DNA from: Bryobacterales bacterium
GTDB lineage: Bacteria > Acidobacteriota > Terriglobia > Bryobacterales > UBA6623
Assembly: GCA_965205085.1 (NCBI GenBank)
Contig: OZ242039.1
Coordinates: forward strand, 4,191,845-4,255,844
Direction of reading: 5' to 3'
DNA length: 64,000 nucleotides
Position numbers and translations under genes: made by a program. This document shows positions 1 to 9,236 of the stretch, piece after piece (position 1 is the first letter of the stretch; every line of letters starts with the position of its first letter). The notes beneath the pieces are model-generated. The model did no database searches and was not told where the DNA came from. It worked only from the letters and a program-made list of their open reading frames with translations.

Positions 1-640
1 ACTCACATTCCGGTAGCCACCATAGCGTCCGAATACGGAGTTGGAAGGAAACTTGGTGAAGTCGAAGTAATCGTCTCTGGGAAGTTCGCGTGGAAGCGCG
101 CGCCGCTCAGCCTGACCGTGGAGTCGAACAGCCACTGGTCAAGCCCGAACTAGACGGCTACGGACCACACGAGGCTGAGACGAGGGTCGCCCCAGTAGTT
201 GGGCCGCCCGGAACAGGCAGAGAATCTGCCACCCCGGAGCCCGGAGAGGGATGGCGCACGAAATCCGTTCCCGGCATGAGCGCGAAGCTCGATTCCCGCC
301 GGGCGGAGAAGGAAGGCGGCCGCTAGGTCGCCTCTATGCGCACCAGGCAAGTCCCCTACGGGCGTTCCGCCATATGGACCAGATTCACCAGAATAGCTGG
401 CCGCCCCCATGAAGCATCACCGTGTCCTCCCTGACAGGGGGGCATTTGGTCCTCAAGGCGCCACAACTGATCCTGTGCGAATACCGCCTCACTTGCTTGG
501 CAATTTCAAACGCGCTGCTGGTCGGCGAAGGGCTCTCCTCCTTGTTGATGTATTGGCCTCTGGGCCCCTTGCCAGGCCCGCTGCACTGGCGGGCCTGCCG
601 TAGAACCCTGATCCTGCATCCCAACATGCCCAGTCTGCAG
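1..640 (-). pseudogene. TonB-dependent receptor-like outer-membrane barrel gene, decayed; runs off the window start
   Basis: Minus-strand translation of 4-410 reads ...IELRAHAGNGFRAPSLSG...NYWGDPRLSLVWSVAV*FGLDQWLFDSTVRLSGARFHANFPETI. GFRAPSL and the GxPxL...F..F...I strand pattern are typical of TonB-dependent receptors. There is an in-frame TAG (plus-strand CTA 150-152) and a premature stop at 3-5. Related-looking sequence (DYFDFTKFPSNSVFGRYGGYRN) continues in another frame, and the upstream pieces (ORFs 385-627, 489-734) are in other frames again. Confidence 0.4.
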
Positions 641-806
641 TATTGAATTCATTGCCGAATGGGCGAAAGAAGCTGCCATCTTGTGGTGCGAGAGATACCC
701 ATAATTCCCCTTGGAAAAGACGCGACAATTTCACTTCTTCATCTTAGCAAGATGCTGCCCATTTGGAGTAGGTTTGGTGGCTGATCTGAGCCACTGCTCG
801 ATGTAT

Positions 807-1892
807 CTATTCTTCCAGAATGGTGGAGGCCGAACGCAGAAATGAGTCCGTTTTCGTCTGCAGTGACTTGGCCTGTCCATCCACACCCTTTATCTGGCTG
901 ATCAGTCCTTTGATCTTGTCTCGATCCCTTTGGAGTGACCGAACTGTGCCTTGCAGTGAGAGAATCCGTGCCTGGGTTTGCGTCAGTTTATTCAACATCT
1001 GACTAGCGTCTTGTGTCAAGATTGTAGTAGCGCCACCTTTCTCATCTATGGGTGAGACCGCGTTTTCAGTGGTGGACTTAATCCAACTGGCGAAGCTTGA
1101 TACTCTTGCGAATACGACAGTTGCGGTTGATCCTGCAGTAGAACGTGTTTGCGCAAATAGCGACGTCACACCTATCTGCAGATACTTGAGATTCCCATCG
1201 CCAGTATACGAAACAATCAATGGCCCTCCGCTATCGCCTCGATTACTTCTTTTTGTTGACGTTCCTGCACATAAGGTGTCCTCATCCACGACTCGCGAAA
1301 AACCGCTCGATTGAGCTACACAATCCTCAGCATGATACAGGCGTATGTTGACAGACCGCATTCCGTCACTAGGCAAGTCGTTTTCCATTCGCCCATAGCC
1401 CAGCAACGTAGCGGATGTGCCAGAAACGGCCTGTCGCTGTTCGGCCGCTCGGGTCGGAATACCGAGAGGGGCTACATACGCCTCAGGAAATGCTTGTGAA
1501 ACCTCGACCAAAGCAACATCGTTATGGATGGCGAGTTTATCGATCGTGTACTGCGGGTGTAGAATGATCCGCTTGGAGGTTCGTTTTGTCCAGCCATAGC
1601 TTGATCCATACCCATGCTCAATCTCAGTCTTCGTGATGTTCATTTCTGCGTTTGAAAAACAATGAGCAGCAGTCAATACCCAATTGGGTGCGATAATACT
1701 ACCAGTGCAGCAACGATTGTTTCTTGACTGTACGCAGACCACGAAAGGGTAGTCTTCAACAGCAGCCGGTTGTCCACCAATGATTGCCCGAGGAATCGGA
1801 CCCTGTTCTTCAGCAGCAAGGCCAAGTGCTACGAGAAACATCAGGAGCGATGCTCTCAATGCTGACTTGTGGATTCGACGGGTAACGATCAT
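807..1892 (-). CDS. secreted trypsin-like (S1 family) serine protease with about 90-aa C-terminal coiled-coil tail
   Basis: ORF 807-1994. Start chosen at M (MIVTRRIHKSALRASLLMFLVALGLAA, signal-like) followed by the mature IIGG. Catalytic triad motifs are TAAHC (His), NDVALV (Asp) and GDSGGP (Ser). The C-terminus LNKLTQTQARILSLQGTVRSLQRDRDKIKGLISQIKG... is heptad-like. The DNA is visibly AT-richer than its neighbours. Confidence 0.85.
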   Translation of the reverse strand: MIVTRRIHKSALRASLLMFLVALGLAAEEQGPIPRAIIGGQPAAVEDYPFVVCVQSRNNRCCTGSIIAPNWVLTAAHCFSNAEMNITKTEIEHGYGSSYGWTKRTSKRIILHPQYTIDKLAIHNDVALVEVSQAFPEAYVAPLGIPTRAAEQRQAVSGTSATLLGYGRMENDLPSDGMRSVNIRLYHAEDCVAQSSGFSRVVDEDTLCAGTSTKRSNRGDSGGPLIVSYTGDGNLKYLQIGVTSLFAQTRSTAGSTATVVFARVSSFASWIKSTTENAVSPIDEKGGATTILTQDASQMLNKLTQTQARILSLQGTVRSLQRDRDKIKGLISQIKGVDGQAKSLQTKTDSFLRSASTILEE

Positions 1893-2682
1893 TCGATAGC
1901 AAGACGCGATGCCCAAGGTGCAGACATGTGGGATATATGTAGGAGTGTACTGTAGAGCTGTCAGGGCTGTCAAGGTCCAGAATCGGCGAATCATCGGAGG
2001 AAGGCGGCGGTTGGATGCGCGAGACTCAACAACAATGGCAGACTGACCAGGTGTTCATCGAGAAGGTTGAGTTCGAGTGCGATTGTCGCGACGATCCGAT
2101 GGCGGTCCTGCGCGGTTGGTAGCCCGTGTTTTGGGCACGGTCAGTCTACACGCAGGTGATGGGTCTGTTCAAGGAGGGCCTCAACCTGGATCTCGACCGG
2201 CTGAGGAGCGGTCTTGATGGCGTCGACTCTTGGCGCGAGCTGGGTTGGCAGATCCCACCCACGTGGGGATCGCGAATGGGATGGATATCGGCACCCTGCT
2301 GAAGCAGCAGAGCGGGCACTGGGTTGAACCGATGGGCTTGCTCTGGCGATCCGGCGGTGTCAGGTCAAGGTGCAAGATCCGAAAGTGGCGGAGGCGGTAG
2401 CCCGGCGCTGGCATGGCATCTTGCGCGGACAGAATTGCGGGTCGGGCTGGTGGACCAGCAACAGCTCGAAACTCCACCGGCGGGAGATGGACCCGCTGGC
2501 GGACGAGATGGTATCGGCACCCACGTCCTGCCGGCGAGCCACTCGCCGCTCAGCCGTTCGGTGCACACCCGCAGGGAGCCACCCCAACGCCGTGGTGGAA
2601 GCCGCGCCGCACTGACGGGCTTCGCTCGTCATGCCACTGGCACCTTCGGCTCGCGGTACCGCCAGTCGCTACGATCAAGGGA

Positions 2683-3657
2683 ATGTCGGCTTACTTGGCC
2701 AGCTTGGTGGAGCGAGCGCGTGCCAGGCGCTGTAGGATCGTATTCCCGGAGGGCGACGACTCGCGGGTCAGGGAAGCCTGTGCCCGGCTCGCTCGGGACC
2801 GGGTCGTGCAGCCTGTGCTCGTCAGCACGAATACCGATTGCGCTCCCGGCGTGGACTGCTCGCATCCCGGGACGTCCGGCAAGGCGGACCGGTATGCGCA
2901 GATCTATTACGAACGCAGACGCTCTCGCGGTGTGACCGGGGCGGAAGCGGAGCGCATAGCGAGAATGTCCCTCTACTATGCGGCGCTGATGCTGGAGAAC
3001 GGTGATGCCGACGGCATGGTGGGTGGCGCGAAGAACACGACGGCCGAAACCCTGCGGGCTCTGATCGAATGTGTTGGCGTGAGGCCGGGCTATAGGCTCG
3101 TGTCGAGCTTCATGGTGCAGATCCACCCAGATCCCCGGTTCGGTGCCGATGGGGTGATGGTGTTCTCGGACCCTGCGGTCGTGCCGAATCCGACATCCAG
3201 CCAACTCGCCGACATAGCGATCGCCGCGGCGATGAACAGTCGCAGGTTGCTCGGCGCGGAGCCGTGCGTGGCCCTGCTCTCCTTCTCGACCAAGGGCAGT
3301 GCCGGGCACCCGATGGTGGACAAGGTGGTCGAGGCGCTCCGCATCATTCGTCAGCGGGCGCCGAAACTCAGGGTGGACGGAGAACTGCAGGCCGATGCGG
3401 CCCTGCTGGAGAGTGTCGGATCGTCCAAGGCCCCTGGTTCCCCTGTCGCGGGGAACGCCAACGTCCTCGTGTTCCCGGACCTCAACGCTGCCAACATCGG
3501 TTACAAGCTTGCCGAGCGGCTGGGTGGGGCCCAGTCGCTCGGTCCGTTCCTGCAGGGCCTCAACAAGCCGGCGAACGACCTGTCCAGAGGGTGTTCCGTA
3601 GACGACATCTACTACGTTGCTGCGGTCACCGCCCTGCAGGCGTCCGGGGAGGCCTAG
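2683..3657 (+). CDS. pta: phosphate acetyltransferase (PTA_PTB domain only, short form)
   Basis: ORF 2413-3657. Homology starts at the internal ATG 2683 ([29 protein letters not shown]). Typical Pta strings are present: [75 protein letters not shown]. Confidence 0.85.
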   Translation: MSAYLASLVERARARRCRIVFPEGDDSRVREACARLARDRVVQPVLVSTNTDCAPGVDCSHPGTSGKADRYAQIYYERRRSRGVTGAEAERIARMSLYYAALMLENGDADGMVGGAKNTTAETLRALIECVGVRPGYRLVSSFMVQIHPDPRFGADGVMVFSDPAVVPNPTSSQLADIAIAAAMNSRRLLGAEPCVALLSFSTKGSAGHPMVDKVVEALRIIRQRAPKLRVDGELQADAALLESVGSSKAPGSPVAGNANVLVFPDLNAANIGYKLAERLGGAQSLGPFLQGLNKPANDLSRGCSVDDIYYVAAVTALQASGEA

Positions 3658-3892
3658 CCGGGATGTCCCGGCCTGACCGCATTCGCACAGTCCACTCCAG
3701 ATAGGTCATCAGTCTCCGGCGCTCGCGCCAGAGATAGCCACAGAACCCGCGCACCCCGATCGACTCGGCCCCCAGCCCCGAGTCGGTCTCGATTCGCCAG
3801 CGCAGGTAGGGACTGCGCCAAGGTTGAAGCCAATGGCCTCGCGATACTTGCCAGAGAAAGCGCATGGCCTCGGGCCAGTCTCTGAAATCCAT
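3626..3892 (-). CDS. hypothetical Trp-rich small protein (88 aa), possibly third gene of the VWA operon
   Basis: ATG lies 14 nt downstream of the VWA gene stop on the same strand. Sequence [41 protein letters not shown]... has 9 Trp. No family recognised. The 3' end overlaps the pta stop region. Confidence 0.25.
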   Translation of the reverse strand: MDFRDWPEAMRFLWQVSRGHWLQPWRSPYLRWRIETDSGLGAESIGVRGFCGYLWRERRRLMTYLEWTVRMRSGRDIPARPPRTPAGR

Positions 3893-3906
3893 CTCGGACG
3901 CCGGCG

Positions 3907-4878
3907 CTACTCGACGTAGTATCCGGGCCGGTGCCGGACCTTGTTGCTCCGGTCCGTCCCTCTCAGCTCGATCTGGATTCGCCGGAACCCAGGCCCCTTG
4001 CCGCCGGGTCGGCTGTATTCCAGGATGTACTGGTTGCGGATGTCGGCGGCAATGCGCTTTACCAAAGCCTCGACCTCTTCGGTGGCGTCGGGGAAATAGG
4101 CGGGCCCCCCCGTCGGCCGAGTGAGGCTGAGGAGATGGCGTTCGGCCCGTCTCGCCGCCCTCCGCTCCTCCTCGGACAGGAGTCCGATGCCGTAGATCGT
4201 TGCGTCAGAACTCTGGATTTTGCGCACGAGGATCTCAAGGTCCATCCGGCTCGATGTATCCTCTCCGTCGGTAATGACGAGCAGGGCCCGCTTGTTATAC
4301 CGGGGGTCGCCTTCCTCCGCCAGATGATCCAAGGAGACTGAAATCGCGTCGTAGAGGGCCGTGCCGCCCCTGGTGTCGATCCTTTGCAGGGCGTCCTGCA
4401 GACGTTCGATCCTGCTGGTGAAATCCTGGTCGAGGTACGTCTCGTCATTGAAGTTGACGACGAACACCTCGTCCTCGCGGTTCGAGGCCCTGACGAATTC
4501 CAGAGCGGCCTGGTTGACCAGGAGCCGTTTCTCGCGCATGCTCCCGGAATTGTCGATAACGAGGCCGAGGGACACCGGGACGTCCTCCTGGGCAAAGTAG
4601 GTGAGTTCCTGGAGCCGACTGTCTTCGGTGACCACGAAGGCCTCCTTGGACAGGTCCGTCACGAAGCGGTCCTGACGGTCGACGACGGTCACGTGCAGAA
4701 CGACCTTCTCCGTCTCGACGCAGAACGTCACACCGGGTTCGCATCCTGACGGCATGGTGGCGTCCGGTTGCGGGAAGGCAGCGCCTGACAGCAGGAGGCC
4801 TGCAAGGGCTGCCTTCCTTGCTGCTGCGACCGGGAAACAGGGGAGAGTGCGCTCAGCGCGAGGGTGCATAGTATCCAT
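3907..4878 (-). CDS. VWA (von Willebrand factor A) domain protein, acidobacterial VWFA-related type
   Basis: ORF 3907-5007. An internal start (MDTMHPRA...) is chosen to limit overlap with the upstream paralogue. MIDAS-type motif LGLVIDNSGSM, plus GGTALYDAI and LLVITDGEDTSS. C-terminus ends in RPGYYVE. Confidence 0.8.
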   Translation of the reverse strand: MDTMHPRAERTLPCFPVAAARKAALAGLLLSGAAFPQPDATMPSGCEPGVTFCVETEKVVLHVTVVDRQDRFVTDLSKEAFVVTEDSRLQELTYFAQEDVPVSLGLVIDNSGSMREKRLLVNQAALEFVRASNREDEVFVVNFNDETYLDQDFTSRIERLQDALQRIDTRGGTALYDAISVSLDHLAEEGDPRYNKRALLVITDGEDTSSRMDLEILVRKIQSSDATIYGIGLLSEEERRAARRAERHLLSLTRPTGGPAYFPDATEEVEALVKRIAADIRNQYILEYSRPGGKGPGFRRIQIELRGTDRSNKVRHRPGYYVE

Positions 4879-6013
4879 GTCTGTAGTAGGCGCGCAGGGG
4901 AGGAAGGCCCGGAATTTTCTTGATCTCGACCCTGATGCGTCTCCACTTCCCGTCCTTGGTCGAGTTAGTGGGGACGTAGCCCAGGACGTAACGGTTGCGA
5001 AGTTCAATGCCTATCTTGGCTGCGATGTCCGGCAGTTCGCTCGCGTTTTGTACGGCGAACTGCCTACCTCCGGTTGCCTCGGCGATGTCGGTCAAGAGGC
5101 CCGGGCCCGCAGCTTCCTCCGGGGTTCGGCCCCGGGTCGAGTACGGCTCGTAGATGCCGATGGCGTAAATCTGGACATCCGACTCGCGGACCGTTCGCTT
5201 GACCTCTCGCGGGGTGTACCGGCTCGAGTTGTCCCCACCGTCGGAAATCACAAGCAACGCCTTCTGGCCGTTCTTGGCCGCCTTCATCTGGTCGAGCGCC
5301 AGGTAGATCGCGTCCAGCAATGCCGTTCGCCCCTTGGATCGAATGAAGGTGAGGCGGCTCTGGACATCCTCGAGGCTGCGGGTGAAGCCTGTCACCATCT
5401 CGGGCCGGTTGTTGAACTGGACCAGGAAGAACTCGTCGTCCGGGTTGGCCGTCTTGAAGAACTGGGCGACCGCCTCCCGGGCGTTGGACATCTTGTGGCC
5501 CATGCTGCCTGAGGCATCGAAGACAACGGCAAGGGACAGGGGGGCGTCCTCAGCCCCGAACTGCTGAATCTCCTGCCGGTTGCCGTCCTCCTTCAGAATG
5601 AAATGCTCTTGTTCCAGACCCGTCACCATGCGCCCCGTCGGATCCGTAACCGTCACGCTTACCAGTGCCAGATCGACGTCAACCTTGATGATCGCCCGGC
5701 GACCGAGCGTCAGATCGGGGTCCGTCTCGTCGGGGCTGACCTGATCCGGGCCCGAGCGCTCGACGGGAGGGCGAACGTCGTTGAGGGCAGATGGCGCTAC
5801 GATCGTTTGTGCGATCTGCAGGTTGTCATCCGCCGCCTCAAGGCCCGTGGCGAGGGTGAGCCCACTCAGACACGAGCAGACCACACCGAGCCTCAGCCCG
5901 AAGCGCCAGAGTCTTTCCTTGTCGGGCATTCCTGACCACTTGCCGACATCGGTCGGCAGAGCGAGATCCACCCCAAGCGATGTGAAGTTCCGGGCGAACG
6001 CACTCTTTGACAC
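4853..6013 (-). CDS. VWA domain protein, paralogue of the downstream gene
   Basis: Motifs LAVVFDASGSMGHKM, GRTALLDAIYLAL and LLVISDGGDNSS. C-terminus ends in RHGYYAPSR. An N-terminal hydrophobic segment is consistent with export. Confidence 0.8.
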   Translation of the reverse strand: MSKSAFARNFTSLGVDLALPTDVGKWSGMPDKERLWRFGLRLGVVCSCLSGLTLATGLEAADDNLQIAQTIVAPSALNDVRPPVERSGPDQVSPDETDPDLTLGRRAIIKVDVDLALVSVTVTDPTGRMVTGLEQEHFILKEDGNRQEIQQFGAEDAPLSLAVVFDASGSMGHKMSNAREAVAQFFKTANPDDEFFLVQFNNRPEMVTGFTRSLEDVQSRLTFIRSKGRTALLDAIYLALDQMKAAKNGQKALLVISDGGDNSSRYTPREVKRTVRESDVQIYAIGIYEPYSTRGRTPEEAAGPGLLTDIAEATGGRQFAVQNASELPDIAAKIGIELRNRYVLGYVPTNSTKDGKWRRIRVEIKKIPGLPPLRAYYRHGYYAPSR

Positions 6014-6497
6014 TTAGCATAACGTCGGCAAGGGCAACGTCTCGCTTGGGCCATGGCCGACAGGGGGACCACAACGAACAACGGAACGCAAGCTCATTGA
6101 CATCAGACCATCACGGCGGAACGCCAATCGGGGGGCATTCGGGCCGCCGGATCCTCCACCGGAGAGGCAAGGCCGGGAGTCACGAACGCCTAGACCGGCG
6201 GAGCCGCCATGATCGCTGCAGTCGCACCGCAAGACTAGCGTCGCCCGTATGCACGCGCTGCCGGGAGATGCCCGAAAGGAAGTGCGAAGAAACGGTTCAG
6301 TGAGTGACCGATGAGGCCCGTGGGGCAACCCCGGTTCGGTTCCGCCGCGTGCTACGCTGGAACGTGTCCACAGAGCGGGACTGGCCCGTGAGCGGGTCTG
6401 GAATCGTTGCGGACAGACGAGCCGGGAGCCAGCGGGCCGAGGAGCCCGTCAAACTTCCTCTGGCCTCATCTTTCCGCACAGGAGAGCCGACTGCGTA

Positions 6498-8186
6498 GTG
6501 TCCCGCCCGAAGTTCATTTTCGTTACGGGCGGCGTCGTCTCTTCCTTGGGCAAGGGCATCGCCTCTGCCTCCATTGCGAACTTGCTGGAGTGCCGCGGCC
6601 TCAGGGTAACGCTGCAGAAGCTGGATCCGTATCTCAACATCGATCCCGGCACGATGAGTCCGTTCCAGCACGGGGAGGTCTTCGTCACGGATGACGGAGC
6701 GGAAACGGATCTGGACCTCGGCCATTACGAACGGTTCACGCACGCGGTGCTGACGAGGGCGAACAACGTTACCAGCGGCGCCATCTACGAGAGGATCCTG
6801 GCCAGGGAGCGGCGCGGCGACTACCTCGGCAAGACGGTTCAAGTGATCCCCCACGTTACCGACGCAATCAAGGAGCAGATTGCCAAGGTCGCCACGTCCT
6901 GCGTCGATGTCGTGCTGACCGAGGTTGGCGGCACGGTGGGCGACATCGAGTCCCTGCCGTTCATCGAGGCGCTGCGCCAGGTCCGCCACGAGGTCGGGCG
7001 GGACGGGTGCCTCTTCGTGCATGTCACCCTGGTGCCCTACATCGCTGCGGCAGGCGAACTGAAGACGAAGCCCACGCAGCACAGCGTGAAGGAGTTGCGG
7101 GCTCTGGGTATTCAGCCCGACATCCTGATTTGTCGGACAGAGACCGGTTTCTCGCGCGAGATCCGGGAGAAGATCGCGTCGTTCTGCGATGTCGACAGCG
7201 ATGCGGTGATTGCCGCACGCGACGTCGACACGGTCTACCAGGTGCCGATCGAGCTTGCCGAGCAGAACGTCGACGAGATCGTGCTGGACCGCTTGCGGCT
7301 GGATGCGGGGCCGCGAAGCTTGGGGCCCTGGCAGGACATGCTCGGCCGCCTTCGGAATCCTCGCGACACCGTCCGGGTCGGCGTGGTCGGGAAGTACGTG
7401 GACTACGAGGATTCCTACAAGAGTCTCAAAGAGGCCCTGCTGCACGGAGGTCTCGCGCAGCGGCTTGCGGTCGAGATCGGCTGGATCGAGGCCGAGGGGA
7501 TCACGGCGGAGACGACCGCTGCCCAGTTGGATCGGTTTGACGGCATCCTGGTTCCCGGGGGATTCGGAACTCGCGGTATCGAGGGCATGATCGAGGCCAT
7601 CCGCTATGCCCGCCAGAATCTTGTTCCGTATTTCGGGATCTGCCTTGGCATGCAGACGATGGTGATCGAGTTTCTGCGGAACGTCTGCGGTGTCGAGGGT
7701 GCCCATTCGACGGAGTTCGACCCCGAGGCGACGGATCGGGTTTTCCTGAAACTGCGGGAACTCAAGGGAATCGAGGACTTGGGGGGCACCATGCGTGTCG
7801 GTGCTTGGCGATGCCGGCTTGCCCCGGGCAGCCTGGCTCAGCGCGCGTACGAAACGACCGAGGTCAGCGAGAGGCACAGGCACCGGTACGAGTTCAACCG
7901 TCCTGAGTACGAGCGGATCATGACCGACCGCGGGATGCGGATCAGCGGGGAGACACCTGATGTGAACTACGTCGAGATTTGTGAGCTGACCGGACATCCC
8001 TGGTATCTGGGATGCCAGTTCCATCCCGAATTCAAGTCCAAGCCGCTCGAGCCGCAGCCGCTGTTCCGAGCTTTCGTGCAGGCTTGCCAGGAGAGGCAAT
8101 TGCGAGTGGGAAGGGTGGAGGCGGATATCGAGGCACGGCAGTTCCTTCGCCGGCCGGGTTCGCGTTTGGCGCGTCCGGCCGGTTGA
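6498..8186 (+). CDS. pyrG: CTP synthase
   Basis: GTG start. KFIFVTGGVVSSLGKGI, the GDIES motif region, and the glutaminase domain GILVPGGFGTRG...GICLGMQ...HRHRYEF. Full-length 562 aa. Confidence 0.95.
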   Translation: MSRPKFIFVTGGVVSSLGKGIASASIANLLECRGLRVTLQKLDPYLNIDPGTMSPFQHGEVFVTDDGAETDLDLGHYERFTHAVLTRANNVTSGAIYERILARERRGDYLGKTVQVIPHVTDAIKEQIAKVATSCVDVVLTEVGGTVGDIESLPFIEALRQVRHEVGRDGCLFVHVTLVPYIAAAGELKTKPTQHSVKELRALGIQPDILICRTETGFSREIREKIASFCDVDSDAVIAARDVDTVYQVPIELAEQNVDEIVLDRLRLDAGPRSLGPWQDMLGRLRNPRDTVRVGVVGKYVDYEDSYKSLKEALLHGGLAQRLAVEIGWIEAEGITAETTAAQLDRFDGILVPGGFGTRGIEGMIEAIRYARQNLVPYFGICLGMQTMVIEFLRNVCGVEGAHSTEFDPEATDRVFLKLRELKGIEDLGGTMRVGAWRCRLAPGSLAQRAYETTEVSERHRHRYEFNRPEYERIMTDRGMRISGETPDVNYVEICELTGHPWYLGCQFHPEFKSKPLEPQPLFRAFVQACQERQLRVGRVEADIEARQFLRRPGSRLARPAG

Positions 8187-8221
8187 TCGGACCGCTGCGT
8201 TGAAGGGACAGGGCACCGAGA

Positions 8222-9226
8222 ATGCTCACCTTTGCCCAGTTCGGGGCCGGCCGCATCGGACGGATGCACGCAAGGAATCTGGCCGCCAATCCGCATGTTC
8301 GACTGGCGGGCATCCACGACCCGGATCCGGCAGCCCGTGCCGAGGTGGCCGCGGAATCGGGATGCTCGGCGGTGGCGTCGATCGATGGTCTCCTGAACGA
8401 CTCGGCAATCGACGCGGTGCTGATCGCCTCGTCGACTGATACGCACTGCGAACTGATCGAGAGGTCGGCGCGGGCCGGGAAGGCCATCCTGTGCGAGAAG
8501 CCGATTCACCTCGACCTCAACAGGCTCGGCCGGTGCTGGGACATAGTCGCGGCTGCCGGGGTTCCGGTCCAGATCGGGTTCAATCGGCGATTCGACCCAA
8601 GCCACCGGGCCCTTCGGCAGGCCGTCGTTGCCGGAGAGATCGGGCGGATCGAGCAGGTACTGATCACGAGCCGCGATCCGTATCCGCCGCCTCTCGACTA
8701 CCTGCGAGCCTCCGGCGGAATCTTTCGTGACATGACCATTCACGACTTTGATATGTGCCGGTTCCTGTTTAGCGAGGAGCCGGTCGAGGTCTCAGCCATG
8801 GGCACGGTGCTGGTTGACCCGCGAATCGGCGAGATGGGCGACAGTGACGGGGCAATGGTGGTCTTGCGCATGGAGTCGGGGGCCCTGTGCCACATCAACT
8901 GCTCCCGGAGATGCCCGTACGGCTATGACCAACGGATCGAGGTGTTCGGCACCGACGGCATGCTCATTTCGGACAACCCGGCCGTTAACAACATCACCCG
9001 GTTCAGCGCGACCGCCACGTCGGCCCGCGAGCGGCTGCATTCCTTTTTTGTCGAGCGCTATGCGGAATCCTACGTCCTGGAGGTCGCCGCGTTCGTCGAC
9101 GCCGTCGAGTCGGGCGTCGCCCCGTCGCCGGCCTTCCACGACGGCCGACAGGCGCTGGTCCTGGCGAATGCTGCGCTCGAATCGGCCTCGACGGGTCGGA
9201 CGGTGCGGGTCCGCGCACAGCTATAA
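8222..9226 (+). CDS. Gfo/Idh/MocA family NAD(P)-dependent oxidoreductase (inositol 2-dehydrogenase-like)
   Basis: N-terminal Rossmann motif FAQFGAGRIGRMHARNL, followed by EKP (CEKPIHLD) and GFNRRFDP strings typical of the family. Confidence 0.85.
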   Translation: MLTFAQFGAGRIGRMHARNLAANPHVRLAGIHDPDPAARAEVAAESGCSAVASIDGLLNDSAIDAVLIASSTDTHCELIERSARAGKAILCEKPIHLDLNRLGRCWDIVAAAGVPVQIGFNRRFDPSHRALRQAVVAGEIGRIEQVLITSRDPYPPPLDYLRASGGIFRDMTIHDFDMCRFLFSEEPVEVSAMGTVLVDPRIGEMGDSDGAMVVLRMESGALCHINCSRRCPYGYDQRIEVFGTDGMLISDNPAVNNITRFSATATSARERLHSFFVERYAESYVLEVAAFVDAVESGVAPSPAFHDGRQALVLANAALESASTGRTVRVRAQL

Positions 9227-9236
9227 TTTGGGCGCA

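Noticed and set aside
6330-6370. GGTTCGGTTCC string resembling a tRNA T-loop in the VWA/pyrG intergenic region
   Set aside because: The flanking bases form only a 3-bp stem, and no acceptor, D or anticodon arms can be drawn.
6297-8216. 639-aa ORF on the minus strand
   Set aside because: It lies exactly antisense to pyrG, which has unmistakable CTP-synthase motifs. It is Arg/Pro/Gly-rich and motif-less, a typical shadow ORF of GC-rich DNA.
8748-9236. N-terminal 163 codons of ORF 8748-10577
   Set aside because: They overlap the Gfo/Idh/MocA gene in another frame. Ceramidase-like homology and a signal peptide start only at ATG 9237.
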